This document shows, in pieces, positions 60,293-64,000 of a stretch of 64,000 bases of DNA. The translations under genes and the position numbers were made by a program. The stretch spans positions 13,495 to 77,494 of the forward strand of contig CAWCMR010000021.1 in the NCBI GenBank assembly GCA_963796685.1, in the 5' to 3' direction. The notes under the pieces are model-generated. The model was not told the DNA's origin. It did no database searches and was given only the letters and a program-made list of their open reading frames with translations. Every line of letters starts with the position of its first letter. Position 1 is the first letter of the stretch. Origin of the DNA: an uncultured delta proteobacterium (lineage in GTDB: Bacteria > Myxococcota_A > Polyangia > Fen-1088).

Positions 60293-61616
60293 GGCTCCTC
60301 GCTGTCTAAAATGGACGCGAGGTTGGTTGTTCCGCTAATCTTCCGTGGTGCAAAATCCAAGTTCTGGTCTTGACGTCAATGCGCTTTTTACAGTGGCTCT
60401 CGGCATGGTCAATCCATGGGAGGTCGTAGAGCTGAACCTTGACGCCGAGAAGAAGCGCCTCGACATCAAAGTCGACTTCAAGCCGGGGAGCACCTTCCCT
60501 TGCCCTACGTGTGGCGATGCTTGCAAGGTACACGATGCCTCGCCGCAGACATGGCGACACCTGAACTTCTTCCAGTACCTCACCTATGTCGAGGCAAGAC
60601 AACCTCGAACCAAGTGTGACAAGCACGGCGTCTTGACGGTCGATGTGCCATGGGCTCGTGGCGGGTCGAACTTCACCCTTCTCTTCGAGGCGATGGTGGT
60701 GGAACTGGCACGCAACGGCCTCACGGTGGCGGCGGTCGGTCGCATCGTCGGCGAGCATGACACGCTCCTGTGGCGCATCCTGGAACACTACGTGGACGAG
60801 GCCCGTGAGCGAGCCGACTACAGCCAGGTCGCCGAGGTTGGCGTCGACGAGACTTCGCGGCAGAAGAACCACGTCTATGTCACGGTCTTTGCCGACATGG
60901 TTGCGGCGAAAGTCTTGTTCGTCACGGAGGGGAAAGATCACGGCACGGTGGCTTGTTTCAAGGACGATCTGCTCGCTCACGGTGGAGACGTGAAGAAGGT
61001 GACGGACTTCAGTCTCGACATGTCGCAGGCATTCATCAAGGGCATCTTGGAGACGTTTCCGGCGGCGCACCTAACCTTCGACAGGTTCCATGTCATCCAA
61101 CTCATGAACGACGCAATCGATGAGGTGCGAAGGCAGGAGCAGAAGTCCTCTCCGGAGTTGAAGGGCACGCGCCACGACTGGCTGAGGAACGAGGCCAACA
61201 TCAAATCCGAGAACAGGGAGCACTTCGCGGTCTTGCGCTCCTCCAAATTGGCCACTGCGCGGGCCTACCACATCAAGCTCATGCTACAGGAGTTGTATAG
61301 CCTGAGTGCGGATGAAGCGGAGGCGTGGTTTCAGCGCTGGTATTTCTGGGCCACCCATAGCCGATTGGAACCCGTCATCAGGGCCGCCAAGACCCTCAAG
61401 GCGCACCAGGCAGGCGTGATGAGATGGTTCATGTCAGGCCTGACGAATGGTCTCTTGGAAGGACTCAACAGCCTCATCCAGGCGGCCAAGGCGCGGGCGC
61501 GTGGCTTTCGCTCCGCGCGCAAAATGAAGACTGTGATTTATCTGCTGCTGTCAAAACTGGACTTCAGACTTCCCTGTGCATTTCCCAATTCAATCCATTC
61601 CAAATAGCGAGGAGCC
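60293..61616 (+). mobile_element. ISL3-family insertion sequence, copy 2 (1324 bp)
   Basis: Same IRs and same 420-aa transposase as copy 1; 8-bp TSD AGAAAACT at 60285-92 and 61617-24. Confidence 0.95.
60345..61607 (+). CDS. ISL3-family transposase
   Basis: Protein identical to 16386..17648. Confidence 0.95.
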   Translation: MVQNPSSGLDVNALFTVALGMVNPWEVVELNLDAEKKRLDIKVDFKPGSTFPCPTCGDACKVHDASPQTWRHLNFFQYLTYVEARQPRTKCDKHGVLTVDVPWARGGSNFTLLFEAMVVELARNGLTVAAVGRIVGEHDTLLWRILEHYVDEARERADYSQVAEVGVDETSRQKNHVYVTVFADMVAAKVLFVTEGKDHGTVACFKDDLLAHGGDVKKVTDFSLDMSQAFIKGILETFPAAHLTFDRFHVIQLMNDAIDEVRRQEQKSSPELKGTRHDWLRNEANIKSENREHFAVLRSSKLATARAYHIKLMLQELYSLSADEAEAWFQRWYFWATHSRLEPVIRAAKTLKAHQAGVMRWFMSGLTNGLLEGLNSLIQAAKARARGFRSARKMKTVIYLLLSKLDFRLPCAFPNSIHSK

Positions 61617-62892
61617 AGAAAACTGCCCACCAACAGGATGAGCCCAACTGTTGCAGCGATGGCGTACACCGGCTTGAATCGCCGCCCTGAGGCGACCCTC
61701 ATCTGTTCGCCCGCGGTCTGTGAGAACGTCGTGACCTGCTTCGCAGTGTCGCGCAGGGGCTCATCCGCCTCTCCTGCGAGCAGGGTGGCCCCTATGCCCG
61801 ATGCCGGCCTGCCGTGCTTGATCTTATCCTTTGTGACCGGACTCCTCGAAACCAGCACCGGTAGCGACGTGACCTCCGCCGGTCGCCCCAACGCCGCAGC
61901 ACCAAACGCCCGGGAGAAATCTGTTATCGAGGGGAACCTGTCAGCCATCTGCTTGGATAGCGCACGCCGGAGCACAAGTTCCACATCAGGTGGCAGGTTA
62001 GGGGCCCGCTTTGACAGCGGCTGCGGCTCCAAATTGATGATCTGATAGAGCAGCACCGACAACTCGTCCGCCGCGAATGGAGACCGGCCCGATAGCATTT
62101 CCCAGGTGATGCAGGCGAGGGCCCACTGGTCGGTTCGGTGATCAATCTCATCAACCATGCCAGTCGCCTGTTCTGGAGACATGTAGTTCGGGGTGCCCAG
62201 GATGGACAGCGCGCGGGTCAGCTTGGTGCGTGCTGCCTTCATCTTCGAGATGCCGAAGTCCAGCACCTTCACGAAGTCCGGCTCGCCCGCCATCTGCAAA
62301 AGGAAGATATTGGCGGGCTTCAGGTCGCGATGGACAACTTCCTTGGCGTGGGTGGCGGCAAGAGCCGATGCAACCTGCCTCGTGATGTGGACCGCAGTAT
62401 CGATTGCCAGCCGCCCATCGCGCCGGATACGGTGCTCAAGGTCCTCGCCTTCGAGGTGCTCCATCACGAGGTAGGGCTCGCCCGTCTGGGCCATCCCAAA
62501 GTCGATGATGGTGACCAAGTGGGCGTGCCCGAGCAGGGACGCAATCTCGGCCTCGCGATGAAAACGAGCAAGCGCTTCGCCGTTGGCCGCCAGCTCGCGC
62601 GACATCACCTTGACGGCGACTCGTTTGTTGAGGCGTAGCTGGACCGCCTCGTACACGGCTCCCATTCCACCTTCCCCAAGCAGACGCGTGATGCGGTACG
62701 CGCCTTCCAGGACGGTCCCCACCAAGCTACCCGTGGTCTGTTCAAATCCGCTCATCGGGCTGTCTCCTCAACCCGTCCAGCCCGACTTGAAGTGTGCTCG
62801 GTCATCCATCATCACGCGAGGTGAAGCCACACCACTATTGTATCCTATGGCATCTGTTTCCGAAACACCGCGCGGGATAGGCCGAGCAGCAG

Positions 62893-63189
62893 ATGCGCCC
62901 GGCCCGTGTCGTCCAAGTCCAGCATTACCTCGCCGCCAACATTCGGAGGACACGGGCACGGCTGGGATTGACGCAGGAAGCCCTTGCCGAAAAGGCCGGC
63001 CTCGGTCCGGTTCACCTGCGCAGTATCGAACGCGGGGTCGAGAACATTACGCTCGCCACATTGGTCGCCATCGCGGACGCCCTGGAGATCCCGCCTGGGC
63101 GGCTGCTGCGCAAGGCAGTCCTGGCGCTCTTGCGCCCGGGACGGCCGCGGACGCGTCAACGGGCAACCCGTCGGCCCTCGAAGGTATGA
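62893..63189 (+). CDS. XRE-family HTH regulator
   Basis: NIRRTRARLGLTQEALAEKAG...IERGVENITLATLVAIADAL. Confidence 0.88.
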   Translation: MRPARVVQVQHYLAANIRRTRARLGLTQEALAEKAGLGPVHLRSIERGVENITLATLVAIADALEIPPGRLLRKAVLALLRPGRPRTRQRATRRPSKV

Positions 63190-63283
63190 GGTCGCCGGCC
63201 ATGGCGAGCAGACTCTCAGCCATTTTCATCAGTCCAACTTTCGAACAAGCCGTGCCGCGTTGCGAGCGACGATCGTAGAGCCC

Positions 63284-64000
63284 TCAAAACAGCAAACCGG
63301 GAATCTTCTTCGTTACGCCTCTGGCATAGTCGATAATTCCGACTGCCATATTCCTCACTATGGCTGGGTCACTCGGCAATCGCGCCCGCAACACGTGGTC
63401 GCGCAATTTGCTCAACCGCGCGCGACTCGGGCGCCTCGTCGTGGCGTAAGCGGCGTGGTCGGGGTCGTCGGCAGTGAGCTGCTCTTGCAGCAAGTCTTGC
63501 ATCGTCGGGAGAGGCTTCCCCTCCTCCCTCGTGTGCCTGGCCTGCAACTTTGCCCATAGGTCCAGCGCCCCCACTCCCGCCGCCTTCAGCCGTTGGAGGC
63601 GGGGCAGCGTCAGCATGGGGTGGCGCTGGCGCCACGCCTCAATGATGGGAAGCGGCAATTTCAAATAGGAGAGCAGCAAGTAGACATGCTGTTCGGTGTA
63701 CCCCGTCCGCTGCGCCAGCTCGCGCACTGGGAGCCCGAGTCCTTGCATGTGTTCCAACGCCGAGGCAAGTTCCCACGTGCTTAGGTCACGACGCCCGAGA
63801 TTCTCAAGGAGATTGACCATATGAGCGTCACACGGGCTATCGCACTCGACCACCGATACTCGGATGCTCACCCAGCCCAGCTCCGCAGCGGCGCGATGCC
63901 GGCGCGAACCTGCAAGCAAGACATAGTGTCCCTCGATGTGGGGGGAACGCTGGACGGTGACAGGGTTGATCAGCCCCTCGCGCGACATGGACTCTTTTAG
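63284..64000 (-). CDS. ParB/Srx-like protein (frame open to the window end)
   Basis: GLINPVTV, LLAGSRRHRAA, ENLGRRDL, HTH. Confidence 0.85.
   Translation of the reverse strand, partial: LKESMSREGLINPVTVQRSPHIEGHYVLLAGSRRHRAAAELGWVSIRVSVVECDSPCDAHMVNLLENLGRRDLSTWELASALEHMQGLGLPVRELAQRTGYTEQHVYLLLSYLKLPLPIIEAWRQRHPMLTLPRLQRLKAAGVGALDLWAKLQARHTREEGKPLPTMQDLLQEQLTADDPDHAAYATTRRPSRARLSKLRDHVLRARLPSDPAIVRNMAVGIIDYARGVTKKIPGLLF

Larger units (their letters stand above)
60017..62755 (-). pseudogene. Membrane Ser/Thr protein kinase interrupted by ISL3
   Basis: GEGGMG, HRDLKPAN, DFG, GTPNYMSPE motifs; removing the IS rejoins LVGSFL|LLTPRGG (468 aa). Confidence 0.9.
56226..64000. mobile_element. Integrative element or prophage-like island at the tmRNA 3' end (extends beyond the window)
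   Basis: Integrase ends 9 bp from tmRNA; excisionase, XRE and ParB-like genes follow. Confidence 0.8.

Overview
High-GC bacterial chromosome segment, probably Myxococcota (Polyangia-like), judged from the MYXO-CTERM-like, PEGA/Ser-Thr kinase, DUF4388 and AgmX-like genes. From left to right: (1) a Mo-nitrogenase cluster nifA-nifH-D-K-X-fdxB-nifW-nifE with a sigma54 promoter; (2) an accessory stretch with a TonB receptor and one large choice-of-anchor-A/S10-carboxypeptidase gene split by two IS elements (ISKra4-like and ISL3, both with 8-bp target duplications); (3) the mreBCD-mrdA-rodA operon and arg genes; (4) a truncated IS91-like transposase abutting an integrase-less integron cassette array (HEPN-like cassette and an RHH/MazF toxin-antitoxin cassette); (5) housekeeping genes (rlmL-like, rne/rng, cdsA, uppS, pspA); (6) a seven-unit 372-bp tandem array of a hairpin-rich dispersed repeat, whose last unit carries an IS110 element with a readable bridge RNA programmed against that repeat; (7) tmRNA followed by an integrated element (tyrosine integrase, excisionase, kinase/PEGA/Cys-rich cargo, a second ISL3 copy, XRE, ParB). 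Six genes carry a single extra base, each at an AGCT core (GAGCTC or CAGCTG), which points to methylation-linked sequencing errors rather than true pseudogenes. All calls come from reading motifs by eye; no database searches were run.
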